Shown here one piece after another: positions 19,522 through 28,130 of a stretch of 64,000 nucleotides of DNA. The translations under genes were made by a program, and so were the position numbers. The stretch's first letter is position 1. Each line of letters begins with the position of its first letter. Under the pieces are notes generated by a model, which saw only the letters and a program-made list of their open reading frames with translations, searched no databases and was not told the origin of the DNA. This DNA comes from an uncultured bacterium (GTDB lineage: Bacteria; AUK180). Location of the stretch: assembly GCA_937863565.1 (NCBI GenBank), contig CALMGJ010000020.1, positions 838 through 64,837 of the forward strand, written 5' to 3'.

Positions 19522-20890
19522 AATACTTGTTATCGACGACAATGAACCCATCAGGAAGATGATCAAGAGGATCTTCGAAGCGGAAGACTTCGATTTCAGG
19601 GAAGCGGATACTCTGAAAAAAGCCCACGGCCTTCTCGATAAAGAGATGTTCAATCTTATCATCACCGATCTGAAGCTGCCTGACGGCGAAGGATCGGAAG
19701 TCCTGGAAAGGCGCAATGCTAACCGGTGGAACAGTGAAGTGATCATCATAACGGCGTACGGCGACGTTGAAACGGCCGTGAGCGCCATGAAGGAAGGCGC
19801 TTTCGATTTCGTGATAAAACCGATCAATATCGATGAGTTCGAGGCAAGGGTCAAGAAGGCCCTCGAGCGCGTCAGTCTGAAGAAAGAGAACGAAGTGCTG
19901 AAGCAAACGATCAATTACATTGTCGACTCGGATCACGCCGACCTCGCGTTTTCCGACATCATAGGCCGGTCTTCCCAGATGGACGAGATCATTGAGCTTG
20001 TAAAAAGGGTGAGCCGGTCTTCCGCATCGGTCCTTATTACCGGGGAATCCGGCGTGGGAAAGGAATTGATCGCCCGGGCCATTCATTTCAATTCCGACAG
20101 GAAAGACAAGCCGTTCATCAAAGTAAACTGCGCGGTTTTTTCCGAGGGCATACTCGAGTCGGAGCTGTTCGGGCACGAAAAGGGAGCCTTCACGGGAGCA
20201 CTGCAAAAAAGACTGGGCAGATTCGAGATCGCTGACGGCGGCACTATATTCCTGGACGAGATCGGCGATCTGTCGCCTCACCTTCAGATAAAACTGCTTC
20301 AGGTTCTCCAGGAATACAATTTCGAGAGGGTGGGAGGGAATGAGGTCATCAAGGTAGATGTGAGGATCATTGCGGCTACGAACCAGGACCTTGCGGAGAA
20401 GATCAAACAGAAAACTTTCAGGGAGGACCTCTTCTACAGGATAAATGTCGTCCCTTTACATATTCCGCCTCTCAGAGAAAGGAAAAAGGATATAGAGGTG
20501 CTCACTGAGCATTTCATTTGCAAATACGCATCCCTGGCGTCCAAGGGGCCAATGAGGATAGACGGCAAAGTGATGGAGATACTGAAGGATTATGATTGGC
20601 CCGGGAATGTGAGGGAACTGGAACATGCCATTGAACGCATGGTGATATTAAGCCGCGGCGAAACGATCTCCGAAGCCGATATTCCAAGGGAGATATTCAA
20701 TCCCGAGCCGAAGAAACCGCAAAGCGACAATATTGACGGCGACCTGAAGAGCATCCTTGAAAATTTCGAAAAGGAAACGATAAGGTTCTATCTTGTGAAA
20801 TTCAATTTCGACAAGAACATCGTAGCGGCGAAACTGGGATTGAAGTTATCCACGCTGTATAATAAGATAGAGAAATACGGTCTTAAGTGA
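19514..20890 (+). CDS. sigma-54-dependent response regulator (NtrC family: REC, AAA+ sigma-54 activator, Fis-type HTH)
   Basis: REC with ITDLKLPDG. Walker A GESGVGKE, GAFTGA motif, C-terminal HTH. The ATG overlaps the kinase stop. Confidence 0.9.
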   Translation: MHRILVIDDNEPIRKMIKRIFEAEDFDFREADTLKKAHGLLDKEMFNLIITDLKLPDGEGSEVLERRNANRWNSEVIIITAYGDVETAVSAMKEGAFDFVIKPINIDEFEARVKKALERVSLKKENEVLKQTINYIVDSDHADLAFSDIIGRSSQMDEIIELVKRVSRSSASVLITGESGVGKELIARAIHFNSDRKDKPFIKVNCAVFSEGILESELFGHEKGAFTGALQKRLGRFEIADGGTIFLDEIGDLSPHLQIKLLQVLQEYNFERVGGNEVIKVDVRIIAATNQDLAEKIKQKTFREDLFYRINVVPLHIPPLRERKKDIEVLTEHFICKYASLASKGPMRIDGKVMEILKDYDWPGNVRELEHAIERMVILSRGETISEADIPREIFNPEPKKPQSDNIDGDLKSILENFEKETIRFYLVKFNFDKNIVAAKLGLKLSTLYNKIEKYGLK

Positions 20891-21612
20891 AAAAAGGCAT
20901 CGCAACCGCCTTACTGATACTTTTCCTTTTGGCGGTCGGCGCAGAAGATCATAAGGCGATCCTTGCCAGGATGAAGTCCAGGGAATCGGAGATACTCAAG
21001 ATAGAGAAATCGGAAAACGCCCTGATGACCAAACTCGAGAAGTTGGAAGGGCGGACGGATTTCCTTTCCAACAAAAGAAGGGAGGGTTATCTGAATAAGA
21101 TGAGCGCCCTGCAGCACAAGAAAGCCGAGAATAAAAAGATCTACGACGAGCTCAAAGCAAGATTGAGGACGGTGCTTCAGGACGATCTTGAGATAATGGA
21201 AAAAAGGATGTTCACCGTTCTGAAATCGGCGGATGCTTCGGAGATGCTCGTTTTCCTGGAGGAATTCTTCGACAAAAAGAACCTTTTTGATTTTTACTTT
21301 GACGAGAAAATTGATATAATAACGACAGAGGATGAGCCGGAGGATATCGTAAAAGCGAAACTCAAGCTCATCGGAGATAAGGTGAACACCTATAAGGACA
21401 GCATCGATAAGAGCCGAAAGATGATTAAGGATATTGAGGCACAGATAAAGTTCTTCAAAGACACGCAAATAGATATCCTGAGCGGAAGGACGCTGAGGAA
21501 CGAAACGATCGATTTCCTTGAGAAGATCGTAAGGTATCTCGAAAAAGACATCGAGAATAAGGAACGCCTTTCTGAATTCTACAAGGAACAGATGAGAAGA
21601 ATGGGGGGATAA
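20887..21612 (+). CDS. hypothetical periplasmic coiled-coil protein (signal peptide)
   Basis: N-terminal signal peptide. Highly charged and helical. Overlaps the upstream gene by 4 nt. Confidence 0.5.
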   Translation: MKKGIATALLILFLLAVGAEDHKAILARMKSRESEILKIEKSENALMTKLEKLEGRTDFLSNKRREGYLNKMSALQHKKAENKKIYDELKARLRTVLQDDLEIMEKRMFTVLKSADASEMLVFLEEFFDKKNLFDFYFDEKIDIITTEDEPEDIVKAKLKLIGDKVNTYKDSIDKSRKMIKDIEAQIKFFKDTQIDILSGRTLRNETIDFLEKIVRYLEKDIENKERLSEFYKEQMRRMGG

Positions 21613-21613
21613 G

Positions 21614-22276
21614 ATGAAGAAGCGTCTGCTGTTAATACTGTGTTCATTAATGCTTGCCGGGCCTTTTATTGTCCGGGCGGCCGATACGAAGGCCAAGAAC
21701 ATAATCCGTCGCGATGACATGCTGGACAATGAATTCCATGATTTCCTTGATAACGAGTATCTCGGTTCTTTCATTTTATCGGACAGGACACTCGGGATGA
21801 TCGCGACGATCAATGGCAATTCCTTCTATGTGAAGAGAATCAAGGACGCCGATAATTTCTGCCTGAAGATCATCGACATGGATACGGGACAGCAGCTGAC
21901 CACTCTTCCGTATTTCCGTATGGACCAGTTCTCGCTCGATCCTACCGGCAATTATTACGTGATAGAACTGGGGAATGGAGAGGTCATAGAGATCCCTATC
22001 TGGATGAGCGCCGCCGATATCGCGCAAGTCCTTGCCAATTACTCGGGTGTTCCCATCTATTACGGCGATCAGATAATCGGCGTGACCCTGTTCCTTACCG
22101 ACAGCATCCAACTTAGCCTTTTCAATCCGTTCTACGGCCTTTACAATGTCCAGTTCAAGAATCTGACCGATAAGATCTTCGAGAACATGAAGCTGGACCT
22201 CTTCTTTGATTCGGGTGCCGGCCTCATCTTTGAAAAGAAAAAGGAAAAAAACGAGAAGGAAGAAAAAAAGGAATGA
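21614..22276 (+). CDS. hypothetical secreted protein
   Basis: Signal peptide MKKRLLLILCSLMLAGPFIVRA. Lys/Glu-rich C-terminal tail. Confidence 0.5.
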   Translation: MKKRLLLILCSLMLAGPFIVRAADTKAKNIIRRDDMLDNEFHDFLDNEYLGSFILSDRTLGMIATINGNSFYVKRIKDADNFCLKIIDMDTGQQLTTLPYFRMDQFSLDPTGNYYVIELGNGEVIEIPIWMSAADIAQVLANYSGVPIYYGDQIIGVTLFLTDSIQLSLFNPFYGLYNVQFKNLTDKIFENMKLDLFFDSGAGLIFEKKKEKNEKEEKKE

Positions 22277-23367
22277 ATAAGACCTCCGGACTGTTGATCG
22301 CGGCTTTATTGCTTTTTATATTAATGCCTCTTCAGGCCGAGCAGTCCTTCATCCTCATTAACGGATATGAGAAAACGCTTGCCCTTTACCAGAACGGATG
22401 GAAGATCAATATCGCGGATGAATTCAAGAGTTTCGATATCGATCTTTACCTTCTCAATATCAACCAGTTCACCAAGGAGAATAAATTCCTGTCCAGTTAT
22501 TTCACTTATGCGGGGATCGCCCGGGATATCGATCTCGGAACGAAAGACTACTTGAAATTCGAGCTCGTTCTGAAGAACGAGGACAATTACGATCCCCTGC
22601 TCTCATCTTCGAAAATAATGCTCAGGGAGAATTTCTATCATATCATCAATATCAACAATTACCTGAAATTCCAGCTCTTTCAGCAGTATGCCGATTTCAC
22701 TAATACGGATATCCTCGATTTCTACAGGTTGGGATTGTTCGGGAAGGTCCTTAAAAGGGCGTCCGCGGCGGATTCTATTTTCTCCAGCGCGCAGATTTTG
22801 TACACATACCTGCCTAAGTGGCGGGGAAGTGTAGACGAGGCCGGCGAGAAAAGGCACGACTTCACGGGCACCGTATTCGTATCATTCTCCAGATATCTTA
22901 GCCGGAACTTCATATTGGACATGAAATATCAGATGATATTCAACACATCATCCTCGAAAGCAGGGCAGATTGACATCAAATACTATCAGCTGGAATTGCC
23001 CGGGGATGAAGATGCTCCGGCTGTCGCATACGATTATTATGATTATTTCCTTCACGCCCTCTCATTTGAGTTCGTCCGATATCTCAGTTCGCGCTTTTTT
23101 GTCAAGATCCTCTTTAAATTCGAAAGCAAGGAATATTCGGAACGGAAAGCGTACAGAGAGGACGGGACGCTGAAAAGCGAACTGGAACGCGATTTCAATA
23201 TGATCAGCAGTCTCCTTTTCATCCTGAAGGACATTCCCGTGAAACATATCAATGCTTTTATCGAACTGAAGTATGAAAATAAGAGTTCAAATAATGAATT
23301 TGAAGGCTATTTCTACTACAATGTCAGGAAGCTCTACTTAAACCTGAATCTTCTGTACAATTTCTGA
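22273..23367 (+). CDS. hypothetical secreted protein, possible outer-membrane beta-barrel
   Basis: Signal peptide. Alternating amphipathic beta-strand pattern. Ends in ...LNLLYNF (aromatic C-terminal residue typical of OMPs). Confidence 0.5.
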   Translation: MNKTSGLLIAALLLFILMPLQAEQSFILINGYEKTLALYQNGWKINIADEFKSFDIDLYLLNINQFTKENKFLSSYFTYAGIARDIDLGTKDYLKFELVLKNEDNYDPLLSSSKIMLRENFYHIININNYLKFQLFQQYADFTNTDILDFYRLGLFGKVLKRASAADSIFSSAQILYTYLPKWRGSVDEAGEKRHDFTGTVFVSFSRYLSRNFILDMKYQMIFNTSSSKAGQIDIKYYQLELPGDEDAPAVAYDYYDYFLHALSFEFVRYLSSRFFVKILFKFESKEYSERKAYREDGTLKSELERDFNMISSLLFILKDIPVKHINAFIELKYENKSSNNEFEGYFYYNVRKLYLNLNLLYNF

Positions 23368-23386
23368 TCGATTTCTGAAAAATTAC

Positions 23387-23415
23387 TTGAAAAAATGGTA
23401 AAAATCCTTTATAAT
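23387..23415 (+). promoter_or_regulatory. consensus sigma-70-type promoter TTGAAA-N17-TATAAT for the por operon
   Basis: TTGAAA at 23387-23392, 17-nt spacer, TATAAT at 23410-23415. A GGAGG Shine-Dalgarno lies 8 nt before the ATG at 23447. Confidence 0.5.
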
Positions 23416-23446
23416 GTTAAATAAATTTTATCATGGAGGCATAGTT

Positions 23447-24022
23447 ATGTCGAAGGTCTTTGAAATAACATGGTACGGAAGAGGCGGGCTCGGCGCCAAA
23501 ACGGGAGCGATCCTGCTTGCCGATGCCGCTATCGCCGCAGATAAATACGTTCAAGCGTTCCCCGAGTACGGTCCCGAAAGACAGGGCGCCCCTCTTAAGG
23601 TCTATAACAGGATATCGGACGATCCGATCAGGCTTCATACGGCCGTTACCGAACCCAATTTCATCATCGTAATAGATCCTTCCCTTCTCGAGAACATCAA
23701 TTTCGAGGATGAGCTGAAAGAGGACGGGATGATACTCGTCAATACGGATAAGAATGTGGACGAGATAAAAAAACGGATGAAGACGGGGAAGAAGAATTTC
23801 AAGATATACGCCCTGGATGCGACTGCTATCTCTATGAAGCATCTCGGAAAGAATATACCCAATATCGCCATTTTAGGAGGATTTGCAAAGATCACCGGAC
23901 TTATCCGGCTCGACGAGATAAAAAAACACCTTCATGCCAAACTAATCACGAAATACGGTGAAGACATCATAAAGAAGAACGTGCTCGCACTTGAAAGCGC
24001 ATACGAGGAGGTCAAACAGTGA
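23447..24022 (+). CDS. porG: 2-oxoacid:ferredoxin oxidoreductase gamma subunit (PorG/PorC-like)
   Basis: Typical gamma-subunit N-terminus (EIxWHGRGGQG-like: EITWYGRGGLGAKT). Start at MSKVF, supported by the SD. The longer ORF start at 23414 overlaps the -10 element. Confidence 0.85.
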   Translation: MSKVFEITWYGRGGLGAKTGAILLADAAIAADKYVQAFPEYGPERQGAPLKVYNRISDDPIRLHTAVTEPNFIIVIDPSLLENINFEDELKEDGMILVNTDKNVDEIKKRMKTGKKNFKIYALDATAISMKHLGKNIPNIAILGGFAKITGLIRLDEIKKHLHAKLITKYGEDIIKKNVLALESAYEEVKQ

Positions 24023-24306
24023 AGGAACAGAAGAAATCCTGGAATGAGCTGCCGATAGGCGGAAGCATACTCGAAGCGGGCAACTCCAAGAACTATTTCA
24101 CCGGTACATGGAGAACGTTCAAACCCGTCCATAATGCAAAACTTTGCATAAACTGCTATTTTTGCTGGATGCATTGCCCGGACGATTCTATTGTGATCGA
24201 GAACGGTAAAGTCACAGGTATGGACCTGGATCACTGCAAGGGCTGCGGCGTATGCGCCGAGGTTTGCCCCAAGAAAGCGATAACGATGGAAAAAGAGGAG
24301 AAGTAA
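24019..24306 (+). CDS. porD: 2-oxoacid:ferredoxin oxidoreductase delta subunit (2x[4Fe-4S] ferredoxin)
   Basis: Two CxxCxxCxxxCP motifs (CINCYFCWMHCP, CKGCGVCAEVCP). Confidence 0.85.
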   Translation: MKEQKKSWNELPIGGSILEAGNSKNYFTGTWRTFKPVHNAKLCINCYFCWMHCPDDSIVIENGKVTGMDLDHCKGCGVCAEVCPKKAITMEKEEK

Positions 24307-24307
24307 T

Positions 24308-25492
24308 ATGTCATCCGGCAGATTCATAGCTGTTGACGGCGCCGATACGGCGGCTTTCGCCATGAAGCAGATCGATCCCGATGTCGTAGCGGCATACCCC
24401 ATTACACCGCAGACTGAGATCGTGATGAAATTCTCCGAATATGTAGCCAACGGTGAAGTAAAGACCAGATATGTGACCGTAGAATCCGAACACTCTGCGA
24501 TGTCGGCATGCGTTGCGGCCGCCGCGGCCGGTGCGAGGGCGATGACGGCAACTGCTGCAAACGGCCTGGCACTGATGTGGGAGATACTCTACATAGCTGC
24601 AAGTTACCGCCTTCCTATAATCATGGGCGTTGCAAACAGAGCCCTTTCCGGACCCATCAACATTCACGGAGATCATTCCGACGCGATGGGCGCAAGGGAT
24701 TCCGGCTGGGTGCAGCTTTATTCCGAGAACAATCAGGAAGTATACGATAACTATATCATGGCCCTGAAGATTGCAGAACATAAGGATGTCATGCTTCCCG
24801 TCATGGTCAATCAGGACGGGTTCATCACTTCCCATTCTGTCGAGAACGTCGAACCTCTCACCGATGAGCAGGTGCGGGATTATATCGGCAAGAAGCCTGC
24901 GCATTTCAAAGGGCTTCTCACTTACGGCAAACCTGTTACGATAGGCCCGCTCGATCTTCAGGATTACTATTTCGAGCATAAGATGCAGCAGCATACGGCT
25001 ATGCAGAAAGTCCTTCCCGTGATAAAGGAAGTACAGGAAGATTATTTTAAAAAGTTCAACAGAAAGTACGAGATCATAGAGAAATACAAAGCGGATGATG
25101 CAGAAATGGTGATAGTCGGGATGAACTCCGTCATGGGGACCGTTAAGGACCTCGTTGACGAACTCAGGGAGAAAGGCGTGAAGATAGGGGCAATAAAACC
25201 GAGAGTGTTCAGGCCTTTCCCGAAAAATGAGATCGCGGACATACTGAAAAACTTCAAGGCGGTCGCGATCCTGGACAGAGCGGATTCGTTCGGTTCATTT
25301 GCGCCCCTTTATGCCGAAACATTGGCCGCAATGTATAAATTCGAAAAGAGGCCTTATATTAGAAGTTATATACACGGCCTTGGCGGAAGAGATACGACGA
25401 TGGAGCTTCTGGGCACCGTCGCAAACGATCTGATCAAGATGAAAGATTCCGGCGAAGGGCATCTTTCCGAAGCTTATTTAGGCGTGAGATAG
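24308..25492 (+). CDS. porA: 2-oxoacid:ferredoxin oxidoreductase alpha subunit
   Basis: 394 aa; the typical PorA/VorA/KorA N-terminal transketolase-like domain. Confidence 0.9.
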   Translation: MSSGRFIAVDGADTAAFAMKQIDPDVVAAYPITPQTEIVMKFSEYVANGEVKTRYVTVESEHSAMSACVAAAAAGARAMTATAANGLALMWEILYIAASYRLPIIMGVANRALSGPINIHGDHSDAMGARDSGWVQLYSENNQEVYDNYIMALKIAEHKDVMLPVMVNQDGFITSHSVENVEPLTDEQVRDYIGKKPAHFKGLLTYGKPVTIGPLDLQDYYFEHKMQQHTAMQKVLPVIKEVQEDYFKKFNRKYEIIEKYKADDAEMVIVGMNSVMGTVKDLVDELREKGVKIGAIKPRVFRPFPKNEIADILKNFKAVAILDRADSFGSFAPLYAETLAAMYKFEKRPYIRSYIHGLGGRDTTMELLGTVANDLIKMKDSGEGHLSEAYLGVR

Positions 25493-25502
25493 GAGGCGGG
25501 TT

Positions 25503-26456
25503 ATGGCATTTCTATTGAAAGACCTTATAAAAAAACAGGCCCCTTTAGCAAGCGGACACAGAATGTGCGCAGGCTGTCCCGCACCTGTTATAGTAAAACA
25601 GGTGCTGATGAGCACGGATCATCCGAAAGTATGTACGAACGCTACGGGCTGTCTTGAAGTTGCAACGACCATATTCCCCTTCACCTCATGGAAAGTTCCC
25701 TGGCTTCACATCGCGTTCGAGAACTCGGCCGCTGCGGTATCCGGCGTAGAGGCTGCATATCACGGACTGGCAAATAAGGGAGAACTCCCCGAGGATATGA
25801 AGAACGCCAAATTCATCGCTTTCGGCGGCGACGGCGGCACATACGATATCGGCATTCAGGCTTTATCCGGAGCCCTGGAAAGAGGTCACAATATGCTTTA
25901 TGTCTGCTATGACAATGAAGGATATATGAACACCGGCATCCAGCGCTCTTCAGCGACGCCTATCGGAGCGAATACAACTACCACCCCCGTAGGATCGCAG
26001 AGCTACGGTAAAAGGGAGATCCGCAAAGACCTGCTTTCCATCGTTGTAGCGCATCATATCCCGTATGCCGCGACATGTGCGCCCCATGACTGGATGGACG
26101 GTATGAAAAAATCCCAAAAGGCCATTGAGACCGAGGGGCCTGCTTTCCTGAATTATTTCTCGCCGTGCATACCCGGATGGAAGATCCCGGCCGATGCCTG
26201 GAGAAAGCTGAGCGAATTAGCCGTAAAGACCTGCTTCTGGCCGCTTATCGAAGTGGAGAACGGAAAATGGAGTCTGACCGGTGAATCGAAACGCATAGCG
26301 GACGGCAAGGCCGAGAAAGTGCCCGCAGTGGAATTTATGAAGAATCAGGGCAGGTTCAAACACCTCTTCACGCAGAAAAAGGACGATGTCCTGGCTTTGA
26401 TACAGGCCGATATTGACAGAAGCTGGGATTTCTACAGGAAGATGGCGGGGTACTGA
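25503..26456 (+). CDS. porB: 2-oxoacid:ferredoxin oxidoreductase beta subunit (TPP-binding)
   Basis: GDG...N TPP-binding motif (FGGDGGTYDIGIQ...YDNEGYMNTG). N-terminal Cys cluster. Confidence 0.9.
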   Translation: MAFLLKDLIKKQAPLASGHRMCAGCPAPVIVKQVLMSTDHPKVCTNATGCLEVATTIFPFTSWKVPWLHIAFENSAAAVSGVEAAYHGLANKGELPEDMKNAKFIAFGGDGGTYDIGIQALSGALERGHNMLYVCYDNEGYMNTGIQRSSATPIGANTTTTPVGSQSYGKREIRKDLLSIVVAHHIPYAATCAPHDWMDGMKKSQKAIETEGPAFLNYFSPCIPGWKIPADAWRKLSELAVKTCFWPLIEVENGKWSLTGESKRIADGKAEKVPAVEFMKNQGRFKHLFTQKKDDVLALIQADIDRSWDFYRKMAGY

Positions 26457-26465
26457 TATTAAGAT

Positions 26466-27053
26466 ATGAAGCTTTCGCAGATCGGCGGCAGGATCGAAGA
26501 GATCAATCATAAAATAAACGATTTTATCGCCGAAGTCCAGGCTCTTTGCGCTATCGTATGCGATATGGGCGGGGAGATCCTGACAACTCAGGGCGATACC
26601 GGTATGCTTGATTTCGTTAATATCGCCGCTATGGCCGCAGGGAGCTTTGCCACTACAAAAGGCATCGCCAATCTGCTCGGCCAGAAGGAATTCTCGCTTC
26701 TGTTCCATCAGGGCACAAAGAACAATATCCTGATCTCCAATATTGAGAATTTCTCGATCATTATCATCGTATTTGACAATAATTCGATCCTCGGGGTAGT
26801 GAAGCAGAAAACGACCGAGCTCAAGGACCAGTTAAAGGTCGTTTTCGAAGATATAGTGAAGGGTCAGGGGATCATCATAAAGAAGGCGAAGATATTTGAA
26901 GAAAGGGGGCCTGCCGCCCAGCCTGCGGCCGAACCTGCTAAAAAGGAACCCGAGAAGAAACCTGAAGAAAAACCGCAGGAAAAGCCGAAAGACGGGAAGA
27001 AGAAGTTTGACTTCGATTCTCTGATGGTCGATGATCTGGACGATCTCTTTTAA
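26466..27053 (+). CDS. Roadblock/LC7-domain protein (MglB paralog) with low-complexity Lys/Pro/Glu linker and acidic C-terminal tail
   Basis: N-terminal ~110-aa Roadblock fold pattern. Linker PAAQPAAEPAKKEPEKKPEEKPQEKPK. Tail FDFDSLMVDDLDDLF. Confidence 0.7.
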   Translation: MKLSQIGGRIEEINHKINDFIAEVQALCAIVCDMGGEILTTQGDTGMLDFVNIAAMAAGSFATTKGIANLLGQKEFSLLFHQGTKNNILISNIENFSIIIIVFDNNSILGVVKQKTTELKDQLKVVFEDIVKGQGIIIKKAKIFEERGPAAQPAAEPAKKEPEKKPEEKPQEKPKDGKKKFDFDSLMVDDLDDLF

Positions 27054-27067
27054 ATGAGGGTAGTACT

Positions 27068-27655
27068 ATGACGATGATCAACTACGCAAAAAAAGAGATC
27101 ATATGCAAAGTAGTCTACTACGGGCCCGGGCTTTGCGGAAAGACTACGAATCTAAAATTCATTTATGACAATATCATGGGCCAGTACAAAGGGAAGATGA
27201 TCGCCCTTGCCACAGAATCGGAAAGGACGCTTTTTTTCGATTTCCTCCCTCTCGATTTCGGGAAGATCAAGAATTTCAATGCTAAATTCCAGCTGTACAC
27301 TGTTCCGGGACAGGCATATTATACGAACAGCAGAAAACTTATTCTGAAGGGAGCAGACGGTGTCGTTTTCGTAGCGGATTCCCAGACCGACAGGTTCGAG
27401 GAGAACAAGGAATCGCTCAAAGACCTTGCCGTCAATTTGAGGGAGCAGGGGTTGGACATCAGGAAGATCCCTCTCGTACTTCAGTGGAATAAGAGGGACC
27501 TTCCCAATATCGTCCCTATCCAGACACTCGAAGAAACCCTGAATTTCAGAAAGGTTCCGACATTCGAAGCTGTTGCCGCAAAAGGGATAGGTGTTTTCGA
27601 GACGCTGAAGACCATCGTGAAAATGGTCTTCGTGAGCCTCGGGGGTCAGGGTTAA
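27068..27655 (+). CDS. mglA: MglA, Ras-like small GTPase (mutual gliding-motility / cell-polarity GTPase)
   Basis: Near-collinear with M. xanthus MglA (INYAKKEIICKVVYYGPGLCGKTTNL...FDFLPL...QLYTVPGQ..Y...RKLILKGADGVVFVADSQ...NKRDLPN). P-loop, MglA-type TVPGQ switch II and NKxD are all present. Confidence 0.9.
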   Translation: MTMINYAKKEIICKVVYYGPGLCGKTTNLKFIYDNIMGQYKGKMIALATESERTLFFDFLPLDFGKIKNFNAKFQLYTVPGQAYYTNSRKLILKGADGVVFVADSQTDRFEENKESLKDLAVNLREQGLDIRKIPLVLQWNKRDLPNIVPIQTLEETLNFRKVPTFEAVAAKGIGVFETLKTIVKMVFVSLGGQG

Positions 27656-27658
27656 ATC

Positions 27659-28129
27659 ATGTTCAAAGGCAATAAAGTACTACAACCTGAAGATCTTGAC
27701 AAGATCAACGATATCATAGAGAAGCTCAAGGTTCAGACAAAGGCGCTCGTGATCCTTGTCGTTGACGATACCGGGCAGCTCATTGCGAACACCGAGAGCG
27801 ATCCTTCGATAGATCCGATCCTCCTGGGCACGCTTACCGCAGGTAATTTCGGAGCGACCAATGAGCTGGCAAAGCTTATCGGGGAAGCCGATTTCACGCT
27901 TGTTCTGCATGAGGGAAATAAAGAGAACATTCATATGCTCGCCATCGGTGAATGCGGGATTCTTGTCGTGATCTTCAACAACACCACTCCCATAGGCCTC
28001 ATCAGGATGTATTCGCAGAAGACGACGAAGGAACTTCTGCCGATACTCGAGAAAATGCAGCAGGAAAAGGAAAAGAAAAAGACCGACCTGCCTTCCGATG
28101 AGGACTTGAACAACCTGTTCAACTGGTAA
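27659..28129 (+). CDS. mglB: MglB-like Roadblock/LC7 protein (putative MglA GAP)
   Basis: 156 aa with Roadblock fold pattern. Directly downstream of mglA. C-terminal tail DLPSDEDLNNLFNW resembles the tail of the upstream paralog. Confidence 0.75.
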   Translation: MFKGNKVLQPEDLDKINDIIEKLKVQTKALVILVVDDTGQLIANTESDPSIDPILLGTLTAGNFGATNELAKLIGEADFTLVLHEGNKENIHMLAIGECGILVVIFNNTTPIGLIRMYSQKTTKELLPILEKMQQEKEKKKTDLPSDEDLNNLFNW

Positions 28130-28130
28130 A

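Noticed and set aside
23414-23446. Longer N-terminus (MLNKFYHGGIV) for the por gamma subunit
   Set aside because: That ATG overlaps the TATAAT -10 element. A GGAGG SD precedes the downstream ATG at 23447, which also matches the usual gamma-subunit N-terminus.
26217-26708. 163-aa minus-strand ORF overlapping porB and the Roadblock gene
   Set aside because: Antisense to two well-supported genes. No domain signal.
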